This document shows positions 52,189-63,253 of a stretch of DNA of 64,000 nt, piece after piece (the first letter of the stretch is position 1; every line of letters begins with the position of its first letter). The notes below the pieces were generated by a model. The model was not told where the DNA came from, made no database searches, and saw only the letters and a program-made list of their open reading frames with translations. The position numbers were made by a program, and so were the translations under genes. Where the stretch lies: IMG/VR virus record IMGVR_UViG_3300043410_001789, positions 1 through 64,000 of that record. One strand, 5' to 3'. Origin of the DNA: a virus.

Positions 52189-52634
52189 AAGTCTACCGCC
52201 TGGTTCTCAGATCTTTTCAAGACAATCTTATAGAATTCAACATTTCCAAATGGTCCAACGGTTGGTTCATTTGATACAATTTCAAATATTGTTGGTTTTC
52301 CAACTCTTGGGCCAGATGTTTCAACGTATACGCTATGTCCAGTTCTATCGCAGATATTTGAGACAATGATATTTGTCATACCATTTGGGGCTTCTCTGTT
52401 GGAGATACGAATATCGCTCTTTACCCTGCCAAATAGTACAACTTCTTGTTTAATATTTATATTTGGCTTTATTTCTTCTGTGGCAGCACCGCCTGCAGAA
52501 GATAGGTTGCAGACTACCGTTCTATCATGAAGCCATTGTTTCTTTACGTTTCCGTAAACACCCTGATCAACAATTGGATAGTAAATCCCCATTGTCATTG
52601 GATATATAAAATCTGGAACTTCCTGGTTTGCCAT
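52185..52634 (-). CDS. Head closure (stopper) protein
   Basis: Position and size after the adaptor. Confidence 0.55.
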   Translation of the reverse strand: MANQEVPDFIYPMTMGIYYPIVDQGVYGNVKKQWLHDRTVVCNLSSAGGAATEEIKPNINIKQEVVLFGRVKSDIRISNREAPNGMTNIIVSNICDRTGHSVYVETSGPRVGKPTIFEIVSNEPTVGPFGNVEFYKIVLKRSENQAVDL

Positions 52635-53542
52635 TATAGCACTCCGACTTTAGTAATAGACTTTATATACTTTTCAAGCATTTTGTCTACTAAAAGATTA
52701 CCTGTTCCCTCTAACATTTTTGCAGCGAACTGAATTCTAAACTGATCTGTGATATATCCCTTGACATATTTTTGGTAATAGTCAAGTCTTCCGCATTTAA
52801 GATCATCAATTAAAATGATTGTTGCTTTTTCAACATCTGGTGGAATAGCTCGGAATCCTTCGTCAAGCACAAATAGGTAGTCGTCGCCCTTTGTAAAGGT
52901 TCCATAATTTCTATTATCATATATATAGTCTCCACGAGATATTGGAAGCTGTGGAGAGTTAGTACTGATTAAGCTTGTTTGTCCAGTAAATTCTTTAATA
53001 ATTGCAGAGTTATCTAATGTTACTCTATAATTAAATGCATTTGTTTCTGGGGTATCTATATCAAATACTAAAACATTATTGTGATATACCTTAAGTACAC
53101 GGTTTGCATCTCTCCATACTGGCATGTAGTCTAGTCCATTACCCTGGATTTGAAGAATTGATTTGTGGTTATAAAAACCATTATTAGTATAAGTATCGAT
53201 AATTGATCTTGCAATTAGTTCCCATCTTTTATAATCTGCAATCTCAGATGCTGTTGTACCAAGATCTGCTGGATTAGTATATGGTCTAATGATATCTAAG
53301 TTTGATTCATAGATAATATGTTCATGCTCTGCGTCATAAAAACGAATAAGAAATTGACGATCGAACTGTACTTTGACAACTGGAAGGGTGTAGATTACTT
53401 TTCCATTTGCATCTGATGTAATTGTTGTTTCTTCGATTGAGTGGTCCACCAAATCCTCAACATAGACTATGTAAGGATAGTTTGGATCTGGTAGATCCCA
53501 TGTTGTTGTTAGTGGATATGGTGGAACCCTCAATACTTCCAT
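52634..53542 (-). CDS. Head-tail adaptor protein
   Basis: ARSIIDTYT...IPPDVEKAT...VDKMLEKY adaptor-like pattern. Confidence 0.65.
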   Translation of the reverse strand: MEVLRVPPYPLTTTWDLPDPNYPYIVYVEDLVDHSIEETTITSDANGKVIYTLPVVKVQFDRQFLIRFYDAEHEHIIYESNLDIIRPYTNPADLGTTASEIADYKRWELIARSIIDTYTNNGFYNHKSILQIQGNGLDYMPVWRDANRVLKVYHNNVLVFDIDTPETNAFNYRVTLDNSAIIKEFTGQTSLISTNSPQLPISRGDYIYDNRNYGTFTKGDDYLFVLDEGFRAIPPDVEKATIILIDDLKCGRLDYYQKYVKGYITDQFRIQFAAKMLEGTGNLLVDKMLEKYIKSITKVGVL

Positions 53543-53986
53543 TTAGAGACCGAACTCCTTGGCAACTTCTTCTGGGGTAGCAATTCTAATATAAGAACGC
53601 TCTGACCACTTTAGAGAAGCTTCCTTTGAAACGATGTTTACTCCACGATATACCTTGCCAACTCCTGGCCACGAAACGTTCTTTTCTGAGAAAAGAGCTA
53701 CTGTCTCTTTTGACTTTTGGTTAGCTGCTGGTTTTACAACAGGCTTTGGGGTCTTTACGACTCTAGCCGATCCGATAGCCCCATTTTCAACTGGTGCTAG
53801 GCCAGCAACTGTTGTTGGTTTTGCAGCTTCTGCTGCAGGAGAATCTACGACATTTTCTGTCTTTGGCTCTTCAACTACAGGTACCTCGTTTACTGGTTCC
53901 TCAGTTGCTTCAGGAGCTGCAGCCTCTTCTGGCTTGACTTCTTCAGTGAGTGTAGTCTCAATGTTATCTAATGTTTCTTCTGACAT
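53543..53986 (-). CDS. Hypothetical protein with an acidic low-complexity N-terminus
   Basis: GGAGG SD; C-terminal RIATPEEVAKEFG. Confidence 0.65.
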   Translation of the reverse strand: MSEETLDNIETTLTEEVKPEEAAAPEATEEPVNEVPVVEEPKTENVVDSPAAEAAKPTTVAGLAPVENGAIGSARVVKTPKPVVKPAANQKSKETVALFSEKNVSWPGVGKVYRGVNIVSKEASLKWSERSYIRIATPEEVAKEFGL

Positions 53987-54025
53987 AATAACCTCCTAAC
54001 TATTAATTATAACAGAATAAAATCA

Positions 54026-54056
54026 AAAAGGAGGCAGGGCCGAAACCCTGCCCCCC
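54026..54056 (-). terminator. Terminator after major capsid gene
   Basis: GGGGGCAGGG-TTTCGG-CCCTGCCTCC-TTTT. Confidence 0.85.
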
Positions 54057-54076
54057 TTTAAAGGATTAGTTACAGA

Positions 54077-55210
54077 CTAGTCGTCTGCACCTGCGTCAGC
54101 GAATGCAATTGCATCCTCTTCTTCCCACTGAATACCGAAACGTACGAATACGGTGTACTCAATGGTGTCCTTCTTTGGCTTGTATTCACGGTTGACAGTG
54201 ATGTCACGCTGGAATCCCCAAACACGGTTCTGAGGGAATGTAAGGTCTACATATCCTTCAGGGTAGTAAGGAACTTCCTGAACATCGATACCGAGAACAC
54301 GAGTGGTACGAGCTCCACCGAAGGTCTGACCCTGACCGTCTAGGTAAGCCTGACGGTTAGCAGGGGTACCTGCTGGTGTACCAGCGAATGCTTCAGCAAT
54401 TGCGTCAGCAAGTGTACCGTTGTGCTTGATGATACCCTGGAATGCGTCAGTACCTGCGTAGAACTTAAGGTTGTTCTTAAGTGCACGGTACTTACGTGGC
54501 ATAGCCAAGATAATGTTCTGCATAACTTCTGGAGTCCATGCGTTATCAGTTACTGTAACGATTGACTCGTGAGCGTCTCCGCCCTTAGCCTTGTTAACAA
54601 AACCGTTCATGATTCCGAGGAATGCACCATCGCCACTGTCTCCAGTACCGTTGATTGCTAGATCCTCAATGTCATTTGCGAACGCATTTGTCATAAGACG
54701 TACTAGGTGATCTTCAAGAGCACCACCCTCAATACCATCTTCAAGAGCTTCAGCTGAAACTTCCCAGTCAAGACGAATCTTCTTGGTAGTAAGTTCAACC
54801 TTTGTGAAGCTTGCACCTGCGTTGGTGTAATCACCATTAGCCTGTGTAGCAGCACGGATAACACGCTCACCTACGTTAACCTTTTCAAGTTCCATAGTGT
54901 TAGCTCTCATGGTCACACGGCGACCATCCTTGGCGAGAACTGTGGCATCCCACACGTAGTCAATAAAACGACGTGCTTGCTCTGGGCGAAGGATACCGCT
55001 ACCTGCCTCACCAGAAGGATTTACTGCGTTTGGACCAGTTGTTAGTCCAGTCAAAGCTGTTGGGATGTTTCCAACGGCACCACCTGTACGGTAGTTACCT
55101 GGAACATCTGCACCAGCGTTAGAACCAGAAGCGAAAGCACCTTCACCGTTGTAAAGACCGCTGTCAGCACCATCTGAATCTGGATTGTTTTTTCTAATTT
55201 CTTCCGACAT
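54077..55210 (-). CDS. Major capsid protein (HK97 fold)
   Basis: GILRPEQARRFIDY, EDLAINGT; SD AGGAGGTGA; follows protease/scaffold. Confidence 0.9.
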   Translation of the reverse strand: MSEEIRKNNPDSDGADSGLYNGEGAFASGSNAGADVPGNYRTGGAVGNIPTALTGLTTGPNAVNPSGEAGSGILRPEQARRFIDYVWDATVLAKDGRRVTMRANTMELEKVNVGERVIRAATQANGDYTNAGASFTKVELTTKKIRLDWEVSAEALEDGIEGGALEDHLVRLMTNAFANDIEDLAINGTGDSGDGAFLGIMNGFVNKAKGGDAHESIVTVTDNAWTPEVMQNIILAMPRKYRALKNNLKFYAGTDAFQGIIKHNGTLADAIAEAFAGTPAGTPANRQAYLDGQGQTFGGARTTRVLGIDVQEVPYYPEGYVDLTFPQNRVWGFQRDITVNREYKPKKDTIEYTVFVRFGIQWEEEDAIAFADAGADD

Positions 55211-55233
55211 ATTGTTCACCTCCTAAGTGATTT

Positions 55234-56550
55234 TTATCTAAATAGATCGGCAGTTTTGAGGAAACGACCGCCCCATAGGGATTTCTCAACCAATTCTGGC
55301 TGAGTTTCCTGTACGATCTCGCCTAGATCGCCAGACTTACGGAAAGCAGTGTCAGCCTCAACAGCATCTACTCTCTTTCCAAACTCATTAAACACTTCAT
55401 TGCTTGCAGCTACCTCATTTTTTACTGCAGCAAGTGACTTGCTTAGTTCTGCAATTTGTTCAGCCTGAGCTTGAACAACAGCAGTTAGATCGCTAAAGGC
55501 TTTTGTAACAACCTGCTTGACATCTTCAATAGATGCCTCTAGGTTATCTGACTTAGCGACAGGTGCAATAATTTCTTCATCTGCTTCTCTTGTTTCATCG
55601 TCTGGAGTAGACTCTGCAGCCTCTTCATTTGAAACAACTGTAGTGGTGACTTCACCCTTTTCTACATCAGCATCTGCAACTTCTGCAACTGTTTCTGCCT
55701 CTGGAGCGACCTCTGTTTCTTCAACTGTAGTTTCTTCAACAGCTGCTTCATCAGCAACAGTCTCAACTACTTCATTTGTTGTTTCTGTCATAGGACTTGC
55801 CTCCTTGTTAATCTCAGTATTATTAATGCCTTTAGCACTATCTACTAAGAACTTTATCATGTCTATCTTATCTGCATCGGATTTTTCCACAAAACCAATG
55901 TTCTGCATCTGGTTTCCGTTTGTTGGGTTTAGCTCTGATTCATTTTCTGAAATAATAACAATTCCAGACTCTGAATCCCAAAAAACATTTTCCAATGTAG
56001 CATCGATACCCTCACCTTTAATAACGTCAACACCGTCTACCTTTTCAACAGAAAGAATATTTGCAAACTGGTTTGCAGGTGTATCAACTAGTGATAGTTC
56101 AAACAAATCGTAATCTTTAATAATGCGAATAGAAGAGTCCATCTTCTCGTCGTAAGCGTCGTCCCACTTATTCATTTTACCGCCAATAGAAAAGCCAGAA
56201 AGGGTGCCATCTAAGACCTTTTCCCAAGTGTCTTGAGCACCCTTTGAAACATATGCTGATACATAAACGCCAGAGTAAAACTTCTTTGTCTCTGGGTCAA
56301 AATACTTATCTTCTTTGAACGATACCATTTTACCAACTGCTACTGGCTGGTGCATTTCACGGATATTTCCACGGAATTTTGAGAATGCTTTAACCGAAGC
56401 CTCGGACGTAACGATGTCCTTTTGGCGATCAACATTGTCAAGAGTGGCAAAGCCAGAAACGATGCGACGTTCTTTGTCTACCTTGCTAAAAGGCATAGAC
56501 ATTCTAACGTTCTCACCGTCTGTATCCCAGTGAACCTTTGATATAGTCAT
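55234..56550 (-). CDS. Prohead protease fused to scaffold
   Basis: REMH, GFSIGG, ELSLVDTPAN; acidic coiled-coil C-half. Confidence 0.88.
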   Translation of the reverse strand: MTISKVHWDTDGENVRMSMPFSKVDKERRIVSGFATLDNVDRQKDIVTSEASVKAFSKFRGNIREMHQPVAVGKMVSFKEDKYFDPETKKFYSGVYVSAYVSKGAQDTWEKVLDGTLSGFSIGGKMNKWDDAYDEKMDSSIRIIKDYDLFELSLVDTPANQFANILSVEKVDGVDVIKGEGIDATLENVFWDSESGIVIISENESELNPTNGNQMQNIGFVEKSDADKIDMIKFLVDSAKGINNTEINKEASPMTETTNEVVETVADEAAVEETTVEETEVAPEAETVAEVADADVEKGEVTTTVVSNEEAAESTPDDETREADEEIIAPVAKSDNLEASIEDVKQVVTKAFSDLTAVVQAQAEQIAELSKSLAAVKNEVAASNEVFNEFGKRVDAVEADTAFRKSGDLGEIVQETQPELVEKSLWGGRFLKTADLFR

Positions 56551-56608
56551 ATTAATTATTATAGTCCCTTTTTATAAAACTTTACTATATATTATAACAC
56601 CTTTTGAA

Positions 56609-58258
56609 CTAGTTTGTTGAACGGCCTTCGCCCTTTGGATTTCTTCCAGAAACTGTTGCAGTATTGTCTGAAGAATTCGCAGTGCGTTCAGCATCCCTAG
56701 TTCTATTTTGTGTAGTGTTAGCAGTAGCGTCAGCAGCTGCTCTAGCATTGAGTTCTAATGGTTTGTCACCATCTGGACGTTGTGGAAGTCCTAGAACTTC
56801 ACGAGCCTCATTAGGAACCATAATCTGGTTTCGAACGTATCGTTCAAGAATTTGAGATTGTGCAATTTCATCAGTTAGTGTTAGCTCATTAAACTTTAGT
56901 TCAAGGATGTCTGTCTTTTCTGAAACAATCTTGTTAATTACCTTCTCAAGGTTACGCTGTGCTGGTCTAGCTACCTGCTCCTTGAATGTACGATCTTGAG
57001 CCAAAGCAGCAGCAATAGCAGCAGAGTCTCCTCCACCAATTTTTGATAGTGGAACCTGGTGTGCTACAAGAACGTCATCACGGTTGCGGATGCGATACTC
57101 ATTGAACGATGCTTCCTGTGTACCGCTTTCAACTGCTTCCATCTTGAACTCAACCTTATTGGTATCTGAGTCTCCTGGAAGTGGAATATAGAGAGTTCTG
57201 TGGTTTTGTCCCTTGAGACTTGTCTGCAGGAAGCGGAACATCTTATCCTCTGCTTCTTCAGAAAGTTTTGCACCCTTAAGAGTAACGATGTAACGAGGAA
57301 CACCCTTATTAGTAAAGTAGTCAATGTTGTACTGTGAAGCTAGGGCATCGCCCTGTAGGGCAGCAATTGCAGATAAGATATCTGGAACACCATAGAATGA
57401 ATTTAGTGGTGAATACTGCTTAATATGAATAATTTCATTTGGACGAGGATCGTTGGTAATTGGATTAGTATTTTTTGCACCAAAGTTACGGAAGTAAACA
57501 ACCTTGTTTCCAATGATTTGAATATATCCATCACGAAGACGACGAACTCTCATAGTGGTTGCAGGTATGTGTCCAACATATCCGATATCTCCCTTAACTG
57601 TTCTACCAATTTCAAGATAGCCGTTTCCAGTTGATTCATAGTCAGTCCAAACTTTCATAAAGACTGCTGTCATTGATTCATCCAGATTTAATGACTCAAG
57701 CCAGTCAGCAACTTCTACTTTAGCTCGTTCAATTCTTTTACGTGCTTTTTCAATAGCACTATCGTTGTCAGAGTTTTCTAGTGCCATTAGCGTCTTTGCG
57801 GTAGCCTGTAGCTGATAGCCCAATCCAACAATGTTTTCTACTTTTGCATCAATTGCTGCGTGATTAGCAAAAGACATATCATAATAATTAGCAAGTTCGT
57901 ACAAGTTCCATGGTGGGGTAATAACGTCAAATAGACCATAGCCGTTTCGGTATACTCTACCAGGATTAATTTCTTTAGATTGTGCTCCATCAATACCTTG
58001 GCGAACTGCAAGTGCAGAATCTTGGTATGCCAAGGAGTTAATATCTACGTTCTGATATCCAACTGAATAGTTAATTGCTGGATCAACTGGGGCAGCCTTT
58101 TCAATTCTATCAGTGCGACGTTTAAAATTCTTTTCAATACCTGTTAGGTTTTTTAATTCGTCCCATGGTTTATTAAATGGATCTTGGGCCTTGAACAGAT
58201 CTTGGACCTGTTCTGTTTGATCTATACCAATATCTCTGATGTAATGTTCTTCTGACAT
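56609..58258 (-). CDS. Portal protein
   Basis: HAAIDAK, TGNGYLE, EIIH...FYGVP, NEAREVLG; probable start ATG 58258. Confidence 0.9.
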   Translation of the reverse strand: MSEEHYIRDIGIDQTEQVQDLFKAQDPFNKPWDELKNLTGIEKNFKRRTDRIEKAAPVDPAINYSVGYQNVDINSLAYQDSALAVRQGIDGAQSKEINPGRVYRNGYGLFDVITPPWNLYELANYYDMSFANHAAIDAKVENIVGLGYQLQATAKTLMALENSDNDSAIEKARKRIERAKVEVADWLESLNLDESMTAVFMKVWTDYESTGNGYLEIGRTVKGDIGYVGHIPATTMRVRRLRDGYIQIIGNKVVYFRNFGAKNTNPITNDPRPNEIIHIKQYSPLNSFYGVPDILSAIAALQGDALASQYNIDYFTNKGVPRYIVTLKGAKLSEEAEDKMFRFLQTSLKGQNHRTLYIPLPGDSDTNKVEFKMEAVESGTQEASFNEYRIRNRDDVLVAHQVPLSKIGGGDSAAIAAALAQDRTFKEQVARPAQRNLEKVINKIVSEKTDILELKFNELTLTDEIAQSQILERYVRNQIMVPNEAREVLGLPQRPDGDKPLELNARAAADATANTTQNRTRDAERTANSSDNTATVSGRNPKGEGRSTN

Positions 58259-58259
58259 A

Positions 58260-58640
58260 CTACTCACCATCTCCATAAAGTTCTAAAGTTTTCTTGGCTG
58301 CAATTAGTGCACCAAGGTCATTCATGCTAGGGATTAATCCCTGGTTCATTCTATCTACTTGCTCAGAATGCTCTTCGTCTGAGATCTTACGCATATTTGG
58401 GTAAAATACCGCACGTCCCTCTGGCTGCCCCCAATACTTAGCAGCATCTGCAAGTTCCTTGATCTTTGACTTATCATCTTTCATGCCCTCAATAGATAGG
58501 GCGTTCCCCTGTCCGTCAGTAAAAGGCTTTCCGTTTGGTTTCATCCATACATAGGTTCCAAATAGAGAAAACTCTTCTTGGATAACTTGTAGTCTGGGTT
58601 TTTGAACTTTGCTCAAAAGCTGTTCGTCAAATGAATTCAT
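58260..58640 (-). CDS. Hypothetical protein upstream of portal
   Basis: TGGTATACT 7 nt before ATG 58640. Confidence 0.65.
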   Translation of the reverse strand: MNSFDEQLLSKVQKPRLQVIQEEFSLFGTYVWMKPNGKPFTDGQGNALSIEGMKDDKSKIKELADAAKYWGQPEGRAVFYPNMRKISDEEHSEQVDRMNQGLIPSMNDLGALIAAKKTLELYGDGE

Positions 58641-58658
58641 AACCACTAGTATACCATA

Positions 58659-61600
58659 TTATAGAGGTGACATTGTATAGCTAGACGTTGAACCAACCAA
58701 AATAACGCTATATTCATAATCATTAAACCTAAAAGTGTTTGGATCATCTACAATTATCTTGTTTGTTCCTGTGTATGCCTTATAAATATTTGAAGGATCT
58801 ACTCCATAGAAGCTTGTTTCAGATATCACCAAAACTCCATTCCAAATAAATGAATTTTCCCAAAAGCTCCATGGAATTTCATTAATATTTGATAGCTTAA
58901 CCTTAAGCCATGGCCTCTTCGTGATTTCCTGTACTTCTTGTAAGTTTGTAGATTGATACTGGGATATATTATTAAATAAGAATGGACCAGTTAGTCTTAT
59001 AGCACCCTTAAAGTTTGTGTAGTCTATGCTATTTGAGAATCTAATTCCTAGCATTCCCCATTCTTTAATGGTGATGTTTGGCTCTTTTGTAAGCTTGCCA
59101 TTCCAGTAAAAAGCTATTCCATTCTCTCTTCTACCTGTTTTTGCATTAATTGCATATATCTTTGCTCTCTTGCCATTTGGATGATTGGCAACAGCGTAAA
59201 ATTTTATGTAAGAGTTTTTACCTTCAATCTCAAAGATCTTCGTGGCACCAAATGGGAAGAAGTCCTTATTGTATTGTAATGACATTTGCATAGCAATAAC
59301 CTTGTAGTCAGTTGCTAAACCAGAATTTACTGGGATACTTATTCCACGGTTTACAGCAGGATCATAATCTCCCTTTATTTCTATTCCAGAATTTTTCGTA
59401 AGGTATAGGTGAGGGCTACTTCCCTTATATATTGAAAATGGATTAAATCCCTTATAGTTGAAATATAGTCCAGTTTTTCTATATGGAAAAACGTCTTGTC
59501 CCAATCTAGTTCCAATTGGGGTAGGAGAGGTGTGGTCAAGTGCTTGAGAGGCTAGTTGGAGTTTACGTATCTTTAGTGGCTTTGAGGCAATTCCATCTAC
59601 TGATATTTCTAGGTGCATCACAATTGCTAGCTCTGACAGACTTATTCCTTTTGGCGGATAGATGATCATTCCATCTACTACTTCATATTTAGTTGTCCAC
59701 CAGTCTTCTCCATTTTCTCCAGGAATAATAAGACCGCCTCTGCTTGCAGGGATGCTGTCAGAGAAGTACGAATATGCATTTTTGAAGCCAGACCTAATTA
59801 ATTGGAATGTTACATAGCTCTTTAGTATTTGATCATTAGTATTGTATACATAATTCTTTGTAGTTTTTTCAGCTAAATCTTGGTAATCGTTATATCCAGT
59901 AAATAGGTGGTTATCAAGTTGATCGTAGGTTCTCTGAATTGGTTGAGAATATTGCTCTAGCAATTCTGCATAATTCCAGGTTGATGGTGTGCTAGATACT
60001 TCTACGTACTTACCAGGTGCTGGATAATTAATGTTAAACTGAATAAAATCAATGTCATAGACCTTGTTTCCATTTGCATCTATCGTATATTTAGATAAGT
60101 ATGTGAGTGGAACGTAGTCTTCCCAATAAGCATTTGAGAATATATCCAAGAAATAGATTCCTGCCTTCTCATTAAGTTTAGCTGTGTAGCTTGCTATGTG
60201 GTCTATGATGTTTACCGTTGGCATGACTGCAGGAGTTGTATATTGCGAATCTGGGTTTATGGAAGAAGACCAGGTATCTGTAGATGGTGAACCACCGTCA
60301 TAATCTCCTTCCGTAAGCAATATAAATTCGTCACCATTGTCTTTAATAATTCCATTTTCATCGAAGTTGCTTATTATAGCTGATAGATTTCTAGCTGAAC
60401 AAAATGAAACATTGTATATGCTACCAGTAAAGGTTCTTGTGAAGTCCTTATTTCCACCTACATAAACTGAAAGACCAGATTTTCTTCCAAAGAAAGATAT
60501 TAGATTTCCACCAAATGATTTTACAAAATTATCAATATCTAGGCCAACAGTAAATGTCTGTTCTGGATAATACTTTTGTGTTGCATAAACAACCTCTTCT
60601 TGATCTTCGTATTTTAGGATATACTCTATTGAGTCTTCTAGCATTCTTATTTCAAAGTAGCTTGATGTTGCTTCGTCAAGTATCTTTATTAATGTCTGTT
60701 GGGTATTTGCTGTGGTTCGTTGTTTAAAAATACCATAAATACCCTTGGTATCTGAAGACAGCAAGTCTAATGAGCTAAACAATAAATAGCCATCTGTATT
60801 ACTCCATGCAGAGTTTGGTCTTAAAGATATAAAGTTGTGATCTTCTGTCTGAAGATCTTCTGAAGAGATAGCGATACTCCATTCGGCCTTAGTTTTGTTG
60901 TTGAATACAATATCTGGAACTTTATAGTTTGGGATAGATAGCTGACCATTTGTAGATATCAGATTATCCATAATTGCATTTTCCCATTTACCAAAATCTG
61001 GATACAAATAATTATTGGCATATTTGGAGAATTGGTAGTCAAAGATGGTTGACGTACCACTATATGCTCTGTTTAGATTTTCTGGTATTTCTACTGCTTG
61101 TCCATAAACAAGCCTTCTTTTAGCAACAATTTGAGAAACTAGATATGGGTATATAGCTACACAGTCTATTTCCATCGGTGATGCATCTTCATATGCATAA
61201 AAACCGATCCAGTCATTATCTATTGATCCGTCATATCTATTTGCATACTGGTGTGATTCATCTATCGATATTGTGATTACTGACTCTCCATTGATCAGTA
61301 CTTCTGCAACCAATTGCGATAATTTAATGTGGACAAGCATTGGCCTTCCCCATTCACTAACGTGATAAGAGCCATAAGAGTTTCCAATTTTTAAACCTAA
61401 GAATGAACCATCTACATATAATCCATCCTGAGTTTCTGATGCAATAGGTCCAATAATACGTTTTGGAGTTGTAGTATCTGAAGATATCTTTAGCCATGCC
61501 TCAAGAGTGAGGTCATTATATCTTCCGTATTCTCCCATAAATCCATATCCAGGAACAATCAATGATGGTCCGTCTGGATTAGGAAATATAATTGTTACAT

Positions 61601-62396
61601 TTGATGTTCCATATACCATCGGCAAGCTAGCATTTTTTGCAAAAACATAATTATCTGATGCAAGATAATATCCAGGTGAATTTTGTAATCCATATGCATT
61701 GGCCTGAACACATTTTGTATTGGTAAGCGGTATATTATTTGGTAAATTAATTAAATCTATTCCAAGAGATTCTGACAAGAAGTTTTCTGACCATTGCCCC
61801 ATAGATAACCCATTAATCATAAACTTGTTGTCTTGTATGGTTGCTCCTCCACCAGAATATCTTATTTTAATTATTAATTCTATATTTCCAGTTATTGCTG
61901 ATGCATCAAATGTGTTAGAGACTAGTAACCATCTATTTTCAATATTCAAAGAATTGAACCACTTTGTTTCTGGCTCTACATAGTCGTGTATTGCATTATC
62001 CAGATATCTATAGCCAATAGCAACCGAGGAAAGATATGGATTTTCGGCATATAGGTAAAATCCCAATGCAAATGTTTTTAGAACTGAATTAAAAGTTTCT
62101 GCAGTTATATGATCACCATTTATGGTCTGATCAGTAATTAAGACTATTTCTCCAAGTTCACCCTCTGGAATTACATCGCCGTATAGCACATTAACAGCAC
62201 TGTCGATAAATGGCTGTGTGTTTTGCAATATGTTGTAGTTGGACTCTACGGTACCGCCAGAAATATTCCAATTCTCAAGGTTTCTATCATTTTCGCTTAT
62301 AAGCGATAGATAATCTACTTTGTCATCTAATGCCCATAATGACATTGGATGTTCTGAAAATGCTTTTTCTGCATAAAGGTTTGATGGACTTGACAT
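58659..62396 (-). CDS. Large virion-associated protein with LamG/ConA-like segments
   Basis: EHPMSLWALDD, TLEAWLKI; beta-rich 1245 aa. Confidence 0.6.
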   Translation of the reverse strand: MSSPSNLYAEKAFSEHPMSLWALDDKVDYLSLISENDRNLENWNISGGTVESNYNILQNTQPFIDSAVNVLYGDVIPEGELGEIVLITDQTINGDHITAETFNSVLKTFALGFYLYAENPYLSSVAIGYRYLDNAIHDYVEPETKWFNSLNIENRWLLVSNTFDASAITGNIELIIKIRYSGGGATIQDNKFMINGLSMGQWSENFLSESLGIDLINLPNNIPLTNTKCVQANAYGLQNSPGYYLASDNYVFAKNASLPMVYGTSNVTIIFPNPDGPSLIVPGYGFMGEYGRYNDLTLEAWLKISSDTTTPKRIIGPIASETQDGLYVDGSFLGLKIGNSYGSYHVSEWGRPMLVHIKLSQLVAEVLINGESVITISIDESHQYANRYDGSIDNDWIGFYAYEDASPMEIDCVAIYPYLVSQIVAKRRLVYGQAVEIPENLNRAYSGTSTIFDYQFSKYANNYLYPDFGKWENAIMDNLISTNGQLSIPNYKVPDIVFNNKTKAEWSIAISSEDLQTEDHNFISLRPNSAWSNTDGYLLFSSLDLLSSDTKGIYGIFKQRTTANTQQTLIKILDEATSSYFEIRMLEDSIEYILKYEDQEEVVYATQKYYPEQTFTVGLDIDNFVKSFGGNLISFFGRKSGLSVYVGGNKDFTRTFTGSIYNVSFCSARNLSAIISNFDENGIIKDNGDEFILLTEGDYDGGSPSTDTWSSSINPDSQYTTPAVMPTVNIIDHIASYTAKLNEKAGIYFLDIFSNAYWEDYVPLTYLSKYTIDANGNKVYDIDFIQFNINYPAPGKYVEVSSTPSTWNYAELLEQYSQPIQRTYDQLDNHLFTGYNDYQDLAEKTTKNYVYNTNDQILKSYVTFQLIRSGFKNAYSYFSDSIPASRGGLIIPGENGEDWWTTKYEVVDGMIIYPPKGISLSELAIVMHLEISVDGIASKPLKIRKLQLASQALDHTSPTPIGTRLGQDVFPYRKTGLYFNYKGFNPFSIYKGSSPHLYLTKNSGIEIKGDYDPAVNRGISIPVNSGLATDYKVIAMQMSLQYNKDFFPFGATKIFEIEGKNSYIKFYAVANHPNGKRAKIYAINAKTGRRENGIAFYWNGKLTKEPNITIKEWGMLGIRFSNSIDYTNFKGAIRLTGPFLFNNISQYQSTNLQEVQEITKRPWLKVKLSNINEIPWSFWENSFIWNGVLVISETSFYGVDPSNIYKAYTGTNKIIVDDPNTFRFNDYEYSVILVGSTSSYTMSPL

Positions 62397-62428
62397 ATAA
62401 TCTCCTAGTCCATTTTACCATAATAAGA

Positions 62429-62563
62429 TTAATTAAATGACATAGTTGAATGATGCATGCCATGTCCACACCTAGAGCAATAACTTAGAGTTGCTTTTGT
62501 TACTGGGCATGACTGAGACATCATTTTATGTCCCAATATTCTACAAATTATTTTTTTAGACAA
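62429..62563 (-). CDS. Small Cys/His peptide (44 aa, zinc-finger-like)
   Basis: Not in track. TTG start: MSKKIICRILGHKMMSQSCPVTKATLSYCSRCGHGMHHSTMSFN. Confidence 0.55.
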   Translation of the reverse strand: MSKKIICRILGHKMMSQSCPVTKATLSYCSRCGHGMHHSTMSFN

Positions 62564-63209
62564 GTGGAATCCAGTGTTGTTCTGCATTCATATCCCCAAC
62601 TAGTCCTCTTAGTGGAATGATATCATAGGCTATTGTGATTCTAGGACCTTCCCATTTCCAGTCGCCCATTGCATGTGGGTGTCCCATTTCAGAAAGAATT
62701 GCACGGTTATTTGTATTTATGTTAATCTTATATTGATCCCAGACTACATAGTGAGTTTCTGATGGCTCTGCCTTTACTGCATAATACCCATGAAAGTTTG
62801 GTGCACCATCTGGACCATGCTCGTGCCAGTCAAGCTTGCCAACGTTAGAGTGATTTATATTAAACCACCCCTGAACCATGAACTGCTCTTTCTTAAAATC
62901 TAGCTCATAGTACTCACAGGCTTCCTTTACCATTTCAGAGACTGCTGAGTATAGATTATGAATCTCTGGTAAATTAAACTGAAAAACGTTGTATTGTCTC
63001 CACTTCATTGTAGAAATACTTCCAGATGATTTCCAGGCACCATCTTCTTCAGATACTGGGGTTACCCCTAAAATTTTAGCCTGTTCAATTAGCTCATAAC
63101 GCTTCTCTAGTTCTGAGGCCAACTTTTCTAAATCATTATCTAGAAATCTCTCAAAGAACTTTTGTGGCTTTGTTGATCTACTAATACTTCTTGGCATATT
63201 CGGTTGCAT
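62556..63209 (-). CDS. 2OG-Fe(II) oxygenase-like protein (TIGR02466-like)
   Basis: GWFNIN...WHEH...GYY...PHAM...RITIAYD double-stranded beta-helix pattern. Confidence 0.65.
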   Translation of the reverse strand: MQPNMPRSISRSTKPQKFFERFLDNDLEKLASELEKRYELIEQAKILGVTPVSEEDGAWKSSGSISTMKWRQYNVFQFNLPEIHNLYSAVSEMVKEACEYYELDFKKEQFMVQGWFNINHSNVGKLDWHEHGPDGAPNFHGYYAVKAEPSETHYVVWDQYKININTNNRAILSEMGHPHAMGDWKWEGPRITIAYDIIPLRGLVGDMNAEQHWIPLV

Positions 63210-63253
63210 TTATATGTCTCTCTTTCTCTATATAGATATTATAGCATATGGAA